Shown: in pieces, positions 36,912 to 46,717 of the stretch
Layout: each line of letters begins with the position of its first letter
Numbering within the stretch: the first letter of the stretch is position 1
Assembly: GCA_963664195.1 (NCBI GenBank)
Contig: OY760907.1
Span: 1,440,001-1,504,000 of the forward strand
Source of the DNA: an uncultured candidate division Zixibacteria bacterium
GTDB lineage: Bacteria; Zixibacteria; MSB-5A5; GN15; FEB-12
Direction: 5' to 3'
Length of the DNA: 64,000 nt
Notes under the pieces: model-generated
Database searches by the model: none
What the model was told of the DNA's origin: nothing
Seen by the model: only the letters and a program-made list of their open reading frames with translations
Position numbers and translations under genes: made by a program

Positions 36912-39497
36912 ATGATGCAAAAAAGAACGCTTTATTCTTTGCTTCTGATCTCCTTTATAGTGGTATTTGCGGCATCGATGTCCGTGGCTCAGACAGTCAC
37001 GATCGAGTCCAAAAGTAATCTTCCCCGCTGTGCCGAGCAGGCGGTAGAGATTAACGCCGATGTTACCACCGATGTGGCTGCTGTTGAATTCGTTTTCGAG
37101 ATCAGCACTGCCTCGGGTTGTGGTTTCATTGAGAACCTGGAACTGACCTGGGAGCTGGCGGATGGCGTACTGTCCAACCGTACCGCTCTTGATCTGTCCC
37201 AGGCTGACGGCGTGGCTCCTGACACGATCCGTTTTGCTGCTATGCGCGTGGATGATGGCGACGGAGTTCTGGCAGCCGGAGCACAGCTCGTGGCTACCCT
37301 CGGATTCAAGACGGTTGACTGCTGCGAAGGAACCGCCAGCATTGACAACACGGTGTTTGACTATGTCAACGCCACCTGCGACATCACGACGCAGTTTGTC
37401 GACGCCGGTGACTTCTCAGTTATTTACCCGACTGTGGTTGCTTCTACCCTTGGTATGATCAACCAGAACCCGACAATTGAAGCCGTCGACGATGCTACCC
37501 TCGCTTGGAGTGAGACTTACACCACTACCCTGGTTGGCGACGATGCCGATCTGGCTAACGGTTGTGAAAGTCTGACATATTCCAAGGTGAGTGGCCCCAG
37601 TGCCTTGAGCGTCTTCCCCGATGGTTCTGTCTCCTGGCTGACCACCGGTGCCGACGTAGGCCCCCACGACGTAGAGGTTAAAGTCGCTGACGCTTGTGGT
37701 GGAGAGGCTCTGACCTCCTTCAACATTTGCGTGACCAATGAAGCCCCGACCATTGCCTGTCCTGATGATCAGTTGATGTGGTATGGTGAGACTTTGAACG
37801 TTCAGGCCGTAGGCACCGATGCGGACGCCGGTCCGCACCCGATGGTTTACTCCCTGAATTCCACGACCTTCCCGGCTGGTGTTGTTACTGTTAACGCCGC
37901 CACCGGTGAGATCGAAGTTGCTACCGATCTGATTGCCGAGCACACTGGTTTCTTCCAGATTTGTGTTGGTGTGACTGATAGCGCGAATGTCGACCCCGAG
38001 TGCTCCCCGGATAATTCCGACGAGTGCTGCTTCCAGGTCGAAGTCCGCTCGATGGCTGTGACCATTCAGAAGATCCACAAGCAGCTTCAGGGTCATGAAA
38101 CCACTGTGAGCATTGATATGCTTGGTGCCGATTTCAATAATTGGTCCCTTGGTGGTTACGATCTGCTTATCTCTTATGACCAGACTGCGCTGACTTTCAT
38201 GGGTGCTATCGAGGGTCAGTTCATGCTCGACTGCGGTTGGGAATACTTCACTTATCGTGAAGGTTACAACGGCAATTGTGGCAACGGCTGCCCGTCTGGC
38301 ATAGTCCGTTTGGTTGCCATGGCTGAACAGAACGATGGCCCGAACCATCCTGACTGCTTCAACAATGATGGCGATCCGACCGCTGCGACTCAGCTTGCTG
38401 AGCTTCGCTTCCTCGTGTCCAACGACCGTACTTTTGAATGCATGTTTGTCCCGGTCAGCTTCTTCTGGGTTGACTGTGGTGACAACTCGTTCTCCGATGT
38501 CGGTGGTGACACTCTTATGATCTCCCGCGATGTCTATGCTTACTACGGTGAGTACGATATGGTTGGAGAGGTCGAAGTCGATACGTATGTGCTGGTCGAT
38601 GAAGCTCCGGCCTTCCCGGGTCACTTCGGTGCCATGGAATGTGCTGACTACACGGCCAAGGGTGTGCCGATTCACGTTGTAGATTTCTACAACGGTGGTG
38701 TCGACATCATCTGCTCCGACGAAATCGACGCTCCTGGTGACATCAACCTCAACGGCATTGCTTACGAAATCGCCGATGCGGTCATGTTCACCAACTACTT
38801 TATCGAGGGCCTCAGTGCTTTTGAGCACGTTGAAGGTTCCATCGCTGCTTCCGACGTTAACAAAGACGGTGTGACCCTGTCAGTTTCTGACCTGGTTTAC
38901 ATGCTTCGTGTCGTCGTCGGCGATGCCGTTCCGTACGAAGGTAAAGTCAACTCCGTGGTCAGCGCCTATTCCTACCAGGATGACGTGCTGAGCATGGGTA
39001 CTGAACTTGGTGGTGCCTATCTGGTCTTCGAAGGTAATGTCGATGTCCAGTCGCTCCAGCCTGAAAGTGTTGCAAAAATGCGCATCGGTCAGGTCGACGG
39101 CAACACCCACGTTCTGGTTCTCTCCGAAGACGTCACTGTTGGCTTCTCCGGTAATATCGTTGAGGCTCACGGTAACCTCCTGAGCTACGAATTCGCCACC
39201 GTCGCCGGTGACCCGATCGTAGCCAAGTATGTTCCGAAGAACTTCAAGGTTAACCAGAACTACCCGAACCCGTTCAACCCGACTACCACTATCGCTTTTG
39301 ATCTGCCGAAGACCTCTGCGTGGACCGTAGGTGTGTACAACATCGCCGGTCAGCTCGTTGAGACTTTCTCCGGTCAGGACGAAGCTGGTCAGATCAAGGT
39401 TGTCTGGGATGCCTCCGACTTGGCTTCTGGTGTCTACTTCTACAAAGTAGTTGCCGGTTCCAGCACCAAGACTATGAAGGCTGTCCTCCTGAAGTAG
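36912..39497 (+). CDS. large secreted surface protein: cohesin-like and Ig-like domains, dockerin-like domain, T9SS-type C-terminal domain
   Basis: AAGGAG RBS; signal peptide; N..P.I Ig-like repeats; LGGYDLLISYDQTALTF; GDINLNG..IADAV and SDVNKDGVTLSVSDLVY; QNYPNPFNP..SGVYFYKV..KAVLLK. Confidence 0.8.
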   Translation: MMQKRTLYSLLLISFIVVFAASMSVAQTVTIESKSNLPRCAEQAVEINADVTTDVAAVEFVFEISTASGCGFIENLELTWELADGVLSNRTALDLSQADGVAPDTIRFAAMRVDDGDGVLAAGAQLVATLGFKTVDCCEGTASIDNTVFDYVNATCDITTQFVDAGDFSVIYPTVVASTLGMINQNPTIEAVDDATLAWSETYTTTLVGDDADLANGCESLTYSKVSGPSALSVFPDGSVSWLTTGADVGPHDVEVKVADACGGEALTSFNICVTNEAPTIACPDDQLMWYGETLNVQAVGTDADAGPHPMVYSLNSTTFPAGVVTVNAATGEIEVATDLIAEHTGFFQICVGVTDSANVDPECSPDNSDECCFQVEVRSMAVTIQKIHKQLQGHETTVSIDMLGADFNNWSLGGYDLLISYDQTALTFMGAIEGQFMLDCGWEYFTYREGYNGNCGNGCPSGIVRLVAMAEQNDGPNHPDCFNNDGDPTAATQLAELRFLVSNDRTFECMFVPVSFFWVDCGDNSFSDVGGDTLMISRDVYAYYGEYDMVGEVEVDTYVLVDEAPAFPGHFGAMECADYTAKGVPIHVVDFYNGGVDIICSDEIDAPGDINLNGIAYEIADAVMFTNYFIEGLSAFEHVEGSIAASDVNKDGVTLSVSDLVYMLRVVVGDAVPYEGKVNSVVSAYSYQDDVLSMGTELGGAYLVFEGNVDVQSLQPESVAKMRIGQVDGNTHVLVLSEDVTVGFSGNIVEAHGNLLSYEFATVAGDPIVAKYVPKNFKVNQNYPNPFNPTTTIAFDLPKTSAWTVGVYNIAGQLVETFSGQDEAGQIKVVWDASDLASGVYFYKVVAGSSTKTMKAVLLK

Positions 39498-39528
39498 GTT
39501 CGCTTATTTCTAGGTAGATTTCGATACG

Positions 39529-39558
39529 AAAAAGCCCGCCTTTTTGGCGGGCTTTTTC
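39529..39558. terminator. bidirectional intrinsic terminator (near-identical to 63036-63063)
   Basis: AAAAAGCCCGCC-TTTTT-GGCGGGCTTTTT. Confidence 0.85.
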
Positions 39559-39591
39559 TATTGGAGTAATCGTCAGTCAGGGGAGAGGAGG

Positions 39592-40368
39592 CTATCCGCG
39601 CATATTGGGAGATGGCCCGACGGTGTCGTCGAGCTGATCAACCAGGTCGGCCAGATTGAACGGTCTTTGCACGAAACCGTCGACATTCAGCGTGTCGCGC
39701 AGGTTGTTGAGCTCATCAGGCGAGTAGCTTGAGCTGACAGCCAGCATGGGGAGGCCGGGATGCAACCGGCGAATCCGGTTGGCCGCGACAGCCCCTTTGG
39801 AAGTGGATTTCTCCACGCCGGTGATTACTATGTCGAAGCGGCCGTTCTCCAGCTCTTCCAGAGCCTGATCGCTGTCCGCGACGGCGAACGGGAGGTAATG
39901 GCTGGCGTTGAGCGTATCGGTCAGTTTTCTCCTCAGCCCCGGCTCATGAATTGTCAGGAGCACTTTGCGGGACTGGAACCGATTAGGGTTTCCGCGGCGT
40001 CCTGCTATCGCCTTTTCGATCAGATCTTCCAATCGAGAGATTCGGAACGGTTTGGAAAGGTAGCCGTCGGGTGAAGCCTCCATAATCATGTTTTCGGTGG
40101 CGGCCCCGGAAATGAACAGCACCGGCATAGCCGGATAATATCTTCTCACTCGTTTGAGGAGCGTGATACCGTCCATTTTCGGCATCCTGATGTCGGTTAT
40201 CATCAGGTCGAAACTGTCTCCGGCATCCCCCTGGAGAAGGTCCAGCGCTGCGATGCCATCTTCGGCTGAGACGGACTGGTAGCCCAGGGCCGTCAGGGTG
40301 TCGACGAGGATACGCAGCAGGGTGGGGTCATCATCAACGATGAGGATCTTACCCTTGTAGTCGGTCAT
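39592..40368 (-). CDS. response regulator with two tandem receiver domains and no output domain
   Basis: ILIVDDD..ITDIRMP.MDG..KPF, then a degenerate second REC (FDIVITG..RPF). Confidence 0.85.
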   Translation of the reverse strand: MTDYKGKILIVDDDPTLLRILVDTLTALGYQSVSAEDGIAALDLLQGDAGDSFDLMITDIRMPKMDGITLLKRVRRYYPAMPVLFISGAATENMIMEASPDGYLSKPFRISRLEDLIEKAIAGRRGNPNRFQSRKVLLTIHEPGLRRKLTDTLNASHYLPFAVADSDQALEELENGRFDIVITGVEKSTSKGAVAANRIRRLHPGLPMLAVSSSYSPDELNNLRDTLNVDGFVQRPFNLADLVDQLDDTVGPSPNMRG

Positions 40369-40371
40369 TCA

Positions 40372-41715
40372 TTACCCCCTTACGATTTTGAGAATCTTTG
40401 CCTTTTCTTCCTCCAGTATTTCCCTGTTGTTGGCTTCAATGTTGAGCCGTAAGAGCGGTTCGGTGTTTGAAGGCCGCAGGTTAAACCAGAAGTTGTCGAA
40501 TCCAATTGTAAGGCCATCGATTTCGTCAACCTGTCCTGTGCTGAAGAACTCTTTGACCTCTGCGATAGTATCTGCAATAGAGTCCACGCGGGAGTTAATC
40601 TCGCCGGAGCGGACGTACGGGTCGATTTCTTTAACCATCTCGTGTAGCGGTTTGTTCTCTTCCGAAATCAGTTCAAGGCAGACCAGGAAAGCGATCAATC
40701 CGGAATCGGCGAACCAGAAATCCCGGAAATAGAAGTGTCCCGAGTGCTCCCCGCCGAAAACGGCGTTGTACTTTTTCATCAGCGGCTTGATCAGAGCGTG
40801 GCCGACCCGAGTACGAATCGGCTTCCCACCGGCTTTTTCGACCAGTTCCGGGACCGCTTTGGAGCAGATCAGGTTGTAGAGGATCGTTTCGCCGGGGTGC
40901 TTTTTGAGCAATGATTTTGACACCAGCGCGGTGACCATATCGCCGCCGAGTTGTTTGCCGTCTTTGTCCATGAGGAACATGCGGTCGGCGTCGCCGTCGA
41001 ACGCTACTCCGAAATCAGCTCCTGTCTCGGCGATTTTCTTCTGCAAGTCGACCAGGTTCTCAAGTTCGATAGGAGAGGCCGGGTGATTCGGGAAGGAGCC
41101 GTCGAGTTCAAAAAACAGGGGCGTGACCTCGATCGGGAGCTTTTCAATGACAGGGGGGAGGGTGGCTCCTGCCATGCCGTTGCCAGCGTCGATGACGATC
41201 CTGAACGGTTTGACTTTGCTCTTGTCGATGAATGACAGGCAGTGCGTAGCATAGTCCTCGGCGATGTCCTTACGGACCGTGACGCCTTTGTTGGAGGCCT
41301 TGCTGAGGTAGCTGCCGTTCTGGATCGAATCGAGGATCGTATTCAGTCCCTGCTGCCCGGAAAGCGGCTCGGCGTTCTTGCGACAGATTTTGAAACCGTT
41401 GTATTGTGCCGGATTGTGCGAGGCGGTAATCATCACGCCGCCGTCGTAACCGTGCTTGCCGACCGCATAGTAGAGGCCGTCGGTTGATACCAGACCGAGA
41501 TCGACAACATCAACTCCGCTGTCGTTTATGCCTTTGATGAGGCCGTCGGCGAGTTCATCGGAGGAGACTCGCATATCGCGACCGACCGCAATTGAGTTTG
41601 GTTTGAGGTACTGGACCAGGGCGGCCCCGATTTGGTAGGCGATATCGCTGTTAACCTGCTCGGGAAACGTTCCGCGAACGTCGTAGGCTTTGAAGATTGA
41701 CGGATCGATTGCCAT
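40372..41715 (-). CDS. phosphomannomutase/phosphoglucomutase
   Basis: IFKAYDVRG, ITASHNP..YNG.K, FDGDADR, GGEHSGH, LRPSNTEP. Confidence 0.95.
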   Translation of the reverse strand: MAIDPSIFKAYDVRGTFPEQVNSDIAYQIGAALVQYLKPNSIAVGRDMRVSSDELADGLIKGINDSGVDVVDLGLVSTDGLYYAVGKHGYDGGVMITASHNPAQYNGFKICRKNAEPLSGQQGLNTILDSIQNGSYLSKASNKGVTVRKDIAEDYATHCLSFIDKSKVKPFRIVIDAGNGMAGATLPPVIEKLPIEVTPLFFELDGSFPNHPASPIELENLVDLQKKIAETGADFGVAFDGDADRMFLMDKDGKQLGGDMVTALVSKSLLKKHPGETILYNLICSKAVPELVEKAGGKPIRTRVGHALIKPLMKKYNAVFGGEHSGHFYFRDFWFADSGLIAFLVCLELISEENKPLHEMVKEIDPYVRSGEINSRVDSIADTIAEVKEFFSTGQVDEIDGLTIGFDNFWFNLRPSNTEPLLRLNIEANNREILEEEKAKILKIVRG

Positions 41716-42038
41716 TATACTGTTTGTTCCTATCTGCCGTATGTTACTCTAGCTCCCCCCTGACCGATTACCCTTTGAACACGTTAACAGACAAGAAGTT
41801 CGAAGTCAACAAGAACAGACGGCTGCGGGAGTTATCTGGTGCTACGTTGACGGATTTTGTCGTGTTTGAGTGGTCGGGGAAATTGTTCGGTTTTAGGGCA
41901 GGGGGGACTGTCCTCTCTTCGTCTGAAGACTACAATTGGTGTACAATCGCTTTTCCAACAGAATAGCTGAGGATCCTATATCGAAACCGCAGGCAGCTTG
42001 CTGCGCTGGGATTTCGACCTGTTATCCATGCTGCAATC

Positions 42039-42263
42039 CTACGTGTAGAGCTTGTCGAAGTACTCCTTGATCGAGTCGGGCCAGAGGAAACGTTTCGACA
42101 CGGCCGCCTTGCAGAGTTTTGTCCAGCCGGAGGCGTCATTCGTCTTTAATTTCAAGGCATCCTCGAATACACGCACCATGTCGTCCACTTGCTCAGTGAT
42201 TGAGGCGCCGTCGAGTCCGCCGTTTTCAGCTGCCATCATCAGAACGTTAAGAGACTTTGTCAT
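42039..42263 (-). pseudogene. internally deleted glycogen synthase remnant (N-terminus fused to C-terminus)
   Basis: LNVLMMAAEN (GlgA start) joined to SITEQ..F..AL....W..LC..A...RFLW.DS..EY...LY (GlgA end) in only 74 aa. Confidence 0.6.
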
Positions 42264-42489
42264 CAGTGATACTTCCCGTGGGTGTTCTTGCAGTCGGGCG
42301 GTCCCGGATGCAGATATGTAGGAGCGTGTTCGGGATAATGTAATCGCTTTCCACGTTGAGTTAGTATACGTCAAGTTCTCATGCGATGTCAATACTGCTG
42401 CGGCGAAGCAAACGAGGCCCTTCAAACCTGCGAAGAAAAAACGGGGGCCGGCGTGAACCGGTCCCCGTGTTGTTTGGTCAACTACCCGT

Positions 42490-42789
42490 TTAGTAGTTGT
42501 TGCGGCGACCGCCGCCGCCACCACCTCTGCCGCCGCCACGGTTTTCAGTGCGGGGGCGCGCCTGGTTGATGTTCAACGTCCGTCCGTCGAGTTCGGTGCC
42601 ATTCAGCCCGGCGATTGCTGCTTCAGCTTCATCATTGTTCGGCATTTCGACAAAGCCAAAACCCCGCGAATCACCGCTGAATCTGTCTCTGATGACACTT
42701 GCACCGGTGACTTCGCCAAAGCCCTCGAAGGCCTTGCGGAGGTCGTCGTCGCTGGTGCCGTACGCCAGGTTACCTACGTAGATATTCAT
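42490..42789 (-). CDS. RRM-domain RNA-binding protein with Gly-rich tail
   Basis: IYVGNL (RNP2), RGFGFVEM (RNP1); promoter TTGACA-17-TATACT at 43008-42980; terminator at about 42435-42470. Confidence 0.95.
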   Translation of the reverse strand: MNIYVGNLAYGTSDDDLRKAFEGFGEVTGASVIRDRFSGDSRGFGFVEMPNNDEAEAAIAGLNGTELDGRTLNINQARPRTENRGGGRGGGGGGRRNNY

Positions 42790-43237
42790 CCTACACTCCA
42801 GTTTTGTTTACCCCGCACGAACCTTCCATCATAGAATCCTCGCAACGCCAGATAAACCGATTGATGCGCACCAAGGCGCTTATATAACACTCTTAGCATT
42901 CAGCTGAATTGGATATTACCTGAAAAGAAAAGATACAAACTCGATACCATCTACCGGACACACCTCTATACTATACCCAAGTATAGCAAACGGCGTTTTT
43001 GCTGTCAATAGTTCTTTCGTCTTTGCGCCAATGAAACAAGCACCTAACCGTCGTGCAGCCAACACCTTCGACTGTCCCCCCCCTTTTTCTCCGGGGCACA
43101 CCGGCCGCAGGAATCTTCGTGGACCGCGTTTGCGACGAACAGTGCGAGACAGCGCAATGAACATTGGGAGAGGGCACGCGTGTTCCCCGAAAGGCGCAGC
43201 GGAGTAATGGAGTAGAATCAGAATATTCAGAGGGTGA

Positions 43238-44014
43238 TTAGAACAGACGAGCAATCAATTCCGGTAGGCCGAGTAGAACAAATGCTGATACCGTGACCAC
43301 GCCAATCAACAGCCAGCGCACAAAACCGGCTCCCCGTTTCACCGCGGCCTGTGCGCCGACCCACGCGCCGGCCATGTTGCCTATCGCGAGAATCAGGCCG
43401 ATTGTCCAGTTGACCTGATTGTTATAGACAAATACTCCAAGGGCAAATACGGTGAACAGGAGGATGATCAACACCTTGACGGCGTTGGCGCGGACGAGAT
43501 CAAAACCGGCACCGAGCACCAGACCTGCCAGAAGGAATATGCCAACCCCGGCTTGGATGAACCCGCCGTGAATACCGATTGCGAAAAACGTCAGCATTTG
43601 GATCACACCGGGTCGTTTTCCGAATTCCTCGGGGCGACCCTCGAGCCATCGTTTCGGGCGAATGATAAGCACCACCAGCATGACAGCCATCAGCATGCCA
43701 ATGACGCGCCGCATGGTTTCCTCGTCCAGATTGACGGCTATCTGTGCTCCAAGAACGGCGCCAAAGATAGCGGGCACGGCGAGCCAGATGCCTCTGCGGA
43801 AATCAAGTTTGCCGGCCTTCTGGAAGCGCCAGACGCCGACAGTGTTCTGCAGTGCAATAGCAACACGATTGGTGCCGTTGGCAACGTTGGCAGGGAGGCC
43901 GAGGAAGATAAGCAGCGGAAGCGTAATCAACGAGCCGCTGCCTGCGAGCGTATTGATGAAGCCGCAGGCGAACCCGGCCAGGATGACAAGAGGGTACAGG
44001 TACCAGTCCAACAT
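43238..44014 (-). CDS. TauE/SafE-family membrane transporter
   Basis: GFINTLAGSGSLI..P.L...GLP..ANGTN, GGFIQAGVG; multiple transmembrane segments. Confidence 0.88.
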   Translation of the reverse strand: MLDWYLYPLVILAGFACGFINTLAGSGSLITLPLLIFLGLPANVANGTNRVAIALQNTVGVWRFQKAGKLDFRRGIWLAVPAIFGAVLGAQIAVNLDEETMRRVIGMLMAVMLVVLIIRPKRWLEGRPEEFGKRPGVIQMLTFFAIGIHGGFIQAGVGIFLLAGLVLGAGFDLVRANAVKVLIILLFTVFALGVFVYNNQVNWTIGLILAIGNMAGAWVGAQAAVKRGAGFVRWLLIGVVTVSAFVLLGLPELIARLF

Positions 44015-44089
44015 TCGTTATCGTTAAGTCCGTGGTTTCATGTCTGTTCCGAAACAGGATAGCCGTTCGCGCAGGAATGTCCAACGGTT

Positions 44090-44848
44090 TTATCCAAGCG
44101 GAGGATGGTGCATCCAGACGTTCGGTTCGATATACAGGCCGGTGTCCGCTTCGCAGTCGATCTTCACCGGCACGAGCGCTCCCGGGACGACATAGTCGCC
44201 GGATTCGGGAAACTTCATACCGGTTCGCTTTTCCCACTCGGCTACCGTGCCGGGGATACGCATCGCCGTGACGCACGGCCTGACAATACGAGCACCAAGA
44301 CGGGCATGAACGCGCATCCAGGGATCAAACGGGAGACCATCGCCGTTGGTCCACCGGACGTAATGGTCGATCGGCGTAATCGGATATTGCGTTTTGAGGC
44401 TCGGACGCACGGGAGCAATCAGACCCTGAAGGCCTTTATCGGCGCCGATTCGTTTCATAGCAGAAACCGCCTTGCTGCTGAGCCCCTGTTTCTGGTGATC
44501 GGGGGAGACCATGACTTGAATGGCGCAGAGGATGTTTGGTGCGCATCCGGCTTCGTGATCTTTGACGCCCTTTTCGATGGCCCAGTCCCAACCGTCGTCA
44601 GGGAGAGCCTCAGGTTTGTTGTCCCAGTACAACGGGATGCAGTTGCCGATGGCCGCGGGGGAGTCGCCTTCGTTTTCGATCAGGGCAAACTGGTATTCAG
44701 GGAAGTACTTGAACATCTCGTCGAAATAGGCCGAGGCCGGGTCGTGGAGCATGAGTTCCGGCCAGACGATTCGCGCCATGGTGTTGTTGGCATCCCAGAT
44801 CTCCGGGTGGTCGGTGGCGGTGATGATGGTGTATTTCGAGTCGGTCAT
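44090..44848 (-). CDS. GNAT-fold hypothetical protein
   Basis: V.P.HQ.QGLS acetyl-CoA motif; APVRP..K..YP, DPW.RVH.R.G, Y.EPNVW. Confidence 0.75.
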   Translation of the reverse strand: MTDSKYTIITATDHPEIWDANNTMARIVWPELMLHDPASAYFDEMFKYFPEYQFALIENEGDSPAAIGNCIPLYWDNKPEALPDDGWDWAIEKGVKDHEAGCAPNILCAIQVMVSPDHQKQGLSSKAVSAMKRIGADKGLQGLIAPVRPSLKTQYPITPIDHYVRWTNGDGLPFDPWMRVHARLGARIVRPCVTAMRIPGTVAEWEKRTGMKFPESGDYVVPGALVPVKIDCEADTGLYIEPNVWMHHPPLG

Positions 44849-45197
44849 GTTTTCGTCTTTCTGTTGTCGGTCCGGTCGTGTCGAATAATAGTGGTTAGGT
44901 ACGGGCTTTGTCAGTAGATTGTTTCGCGGGGATCGGGATAGGCGTCAACGTTGCCATGCGGATTAAGGTCAGAGTCGGCAACGAGAGTCTCCGATCCGTC
45001 AGTTTTCGTCAAGGCGGGCGTGCGGTTTCGGTTGTCGGTGCCCTGTTCCGGTGCCAATCCCAATGGTATTCAATGAATCAGCTGTGAGACTCCTTTCTCT
45101 CTGGGATGGAGCAGAACTAGCCGATTCTACGGTGTTGCGGGGGCAAAAGGGCGTTGCATCGACGGTTCATTTTGTGTAAGTTGTTGCTGCCAAAAGA

Positions 45198-45280
<83 letters not shown>

Positions 45281-45403
45281 TTTCACCGGTCGGACGACTC
45301 GGGAACCATTGGGCGTTATAAACTGTCAGATGGTTTGAAAGGCAGAGTATGTCCCGCCCGGCGTTTTGGTTTGCTGTGAAACATCTAAACTAGAGGTAAT
45401 AGA

Positions 45404-46663
45404 GTGAAGGTTGAGATTAAGGAAGGCGAAGGGCTCAAGCGGGAAGTGAAGGTAGAAGTTCCGGTAGAAGCCTTCAATGCGGCGATGGATGGCAAGTTCG
45501 CCGAGTTGAGACGCGATGTTCAGGTGAAGGGTTTCCGCAAGGGGAAGACCCCGATGAGCATGATCAAAGATATGTACGGCGATAGTGTCAAGGCAGACGT
45601 CGTTGACGAGCTCATCAAGGACACGATGCCGAAAGCGGTTCAGGAGCATGATCTGAAGATCGCCGGGCCGCCCTCGATAACCGATCTCGATCTCAGTGAT
45701 GAAGGTGTTTTGACATACTCCGCGATGGTCGAAGTGTTTCCTGAAGTCGACAAGGTGGATTTTGATGGCCTCGAGCTGCAGGAGCTTTCGGTTAAGGTTG
45801 AAGACAAAGAAGTTGACGAGTTGATCGACCACATGCGTAGGGAGCTTTCGACTCTGAAGCCGCTGGAGAGGGCTGCCACAGACAATGATGTGGTCGTGGT
45901 TGACATGGTGAAAGTGTCGGACTCGAAAAACGCTCTGGCCGAGAGTAGTTTCCCGGACTCCCAGATTGATCTTGGCAATCCGATGACGGTCAAGGAATTC
46001 AGAGAGCAGATTCCCGGCCTTAAGGCGGGTGAGCAGAAGGAAATAGAAGTCGTTTATGAAGACGACTACGCCGATGCCAGTTTTGCCGGTGCGAAGATCA
46101 AGTATCTCTGCAAGGTGAAATCGGTCAATGAGCGGGAAATGCCGGAACTCGACGATGCTTTCGCCAAACGTACCAAGCAGGCTGAAACCGCGCTCGAGCT
46201 TAAAATGAAAGTGCGTGAGAATATTCAGCAGCAGAAGGATGACAACGAGAACCGGGTGCATAAGCGTGATGTTATGCGCTTGATGGTCGAGAAGAACCAG
46301 ATTCCGATCCCTGAGACATTTGTTAACGAGTATCTGGATTCGATGCTGGAGGATATGAAGAAATCCAACCAGAAATTCGACGAGAAAGAGGTGCGCGAGA
46401 AATATCGTCCGGTTGGTATTGAGTCGATGCGCTGGGATATGATCTGGCATACGCTGGCTGAGCAACAAAGCATTGAAGTTTTGGAAGAAGATACCGAAAA
46501 CTGGATCAAAGGGTTTGCCGCCCACAATAATACTACTGTGGAGCAGGCGCGCACGGTGCTCAATCAGTCCGGACGGGTGAATCAGCTTCGTGAGTCAATG
46601 CTTGAAGGCAAGGTGTTGGACTTCCTCATTGGCACTGCCAAAAAAGTCCCTGCTAAGGAATAA
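45404..46663 (+). CDS. tig: trigger factor
   Basis: GFRKGK ribosome-binding signature; GTG start after GAGG; precedes clpP-clpX. Confidence 0.93.
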   Translation: MKVEIKEGEGLKREVKVEVPVEAFNAAMDGKFAELRRDVQVKGFRKGKTPMSMIKDMYGDSVKADVVDELIKDTMPKAVQEHDLKIAGPPSITDLDLSDEGVLTYSAMVEVFPEVDKVDFDGLELQELSVKVEDKEVDELIDHMRRELSTLKPLERAATDNDVVVVDMVKVSDSKNALAESSFPDSQIDLGNPMTVKEFREQIPGLKAGEQKEIEVVYEDDYADASFAGAKIKYLCKVKSVNEREMPELDDAFAKRTKQAETALELKMKVRENIQQQKDDNENRVHKRDVMRLMVEKNQIPIPETFVNEYLDSMLEDMKKSNQKFDEKEVREKYRPVGIESMRWDMIWHTLAEQQSIEVLEEDTENWIKGFAAHNNTTVEQARTVLNQSGRVNQLRESMLEGKVLDFLIGTAKKVPAKE

Positions 46664-46717
46664 CGAACGGAATTCGGAATATTGAATCGACGCTTTGGCG
46701 TTGGGAGAAAAAGGTTT

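Noticed and set aside
37416..38828. Long antisense ORFs (also 2620-3660, 8416-9405, 45326-46525, 61422-62564 and others)
   Set aside because: Shadow frames of well-supported genes caused by codon bias
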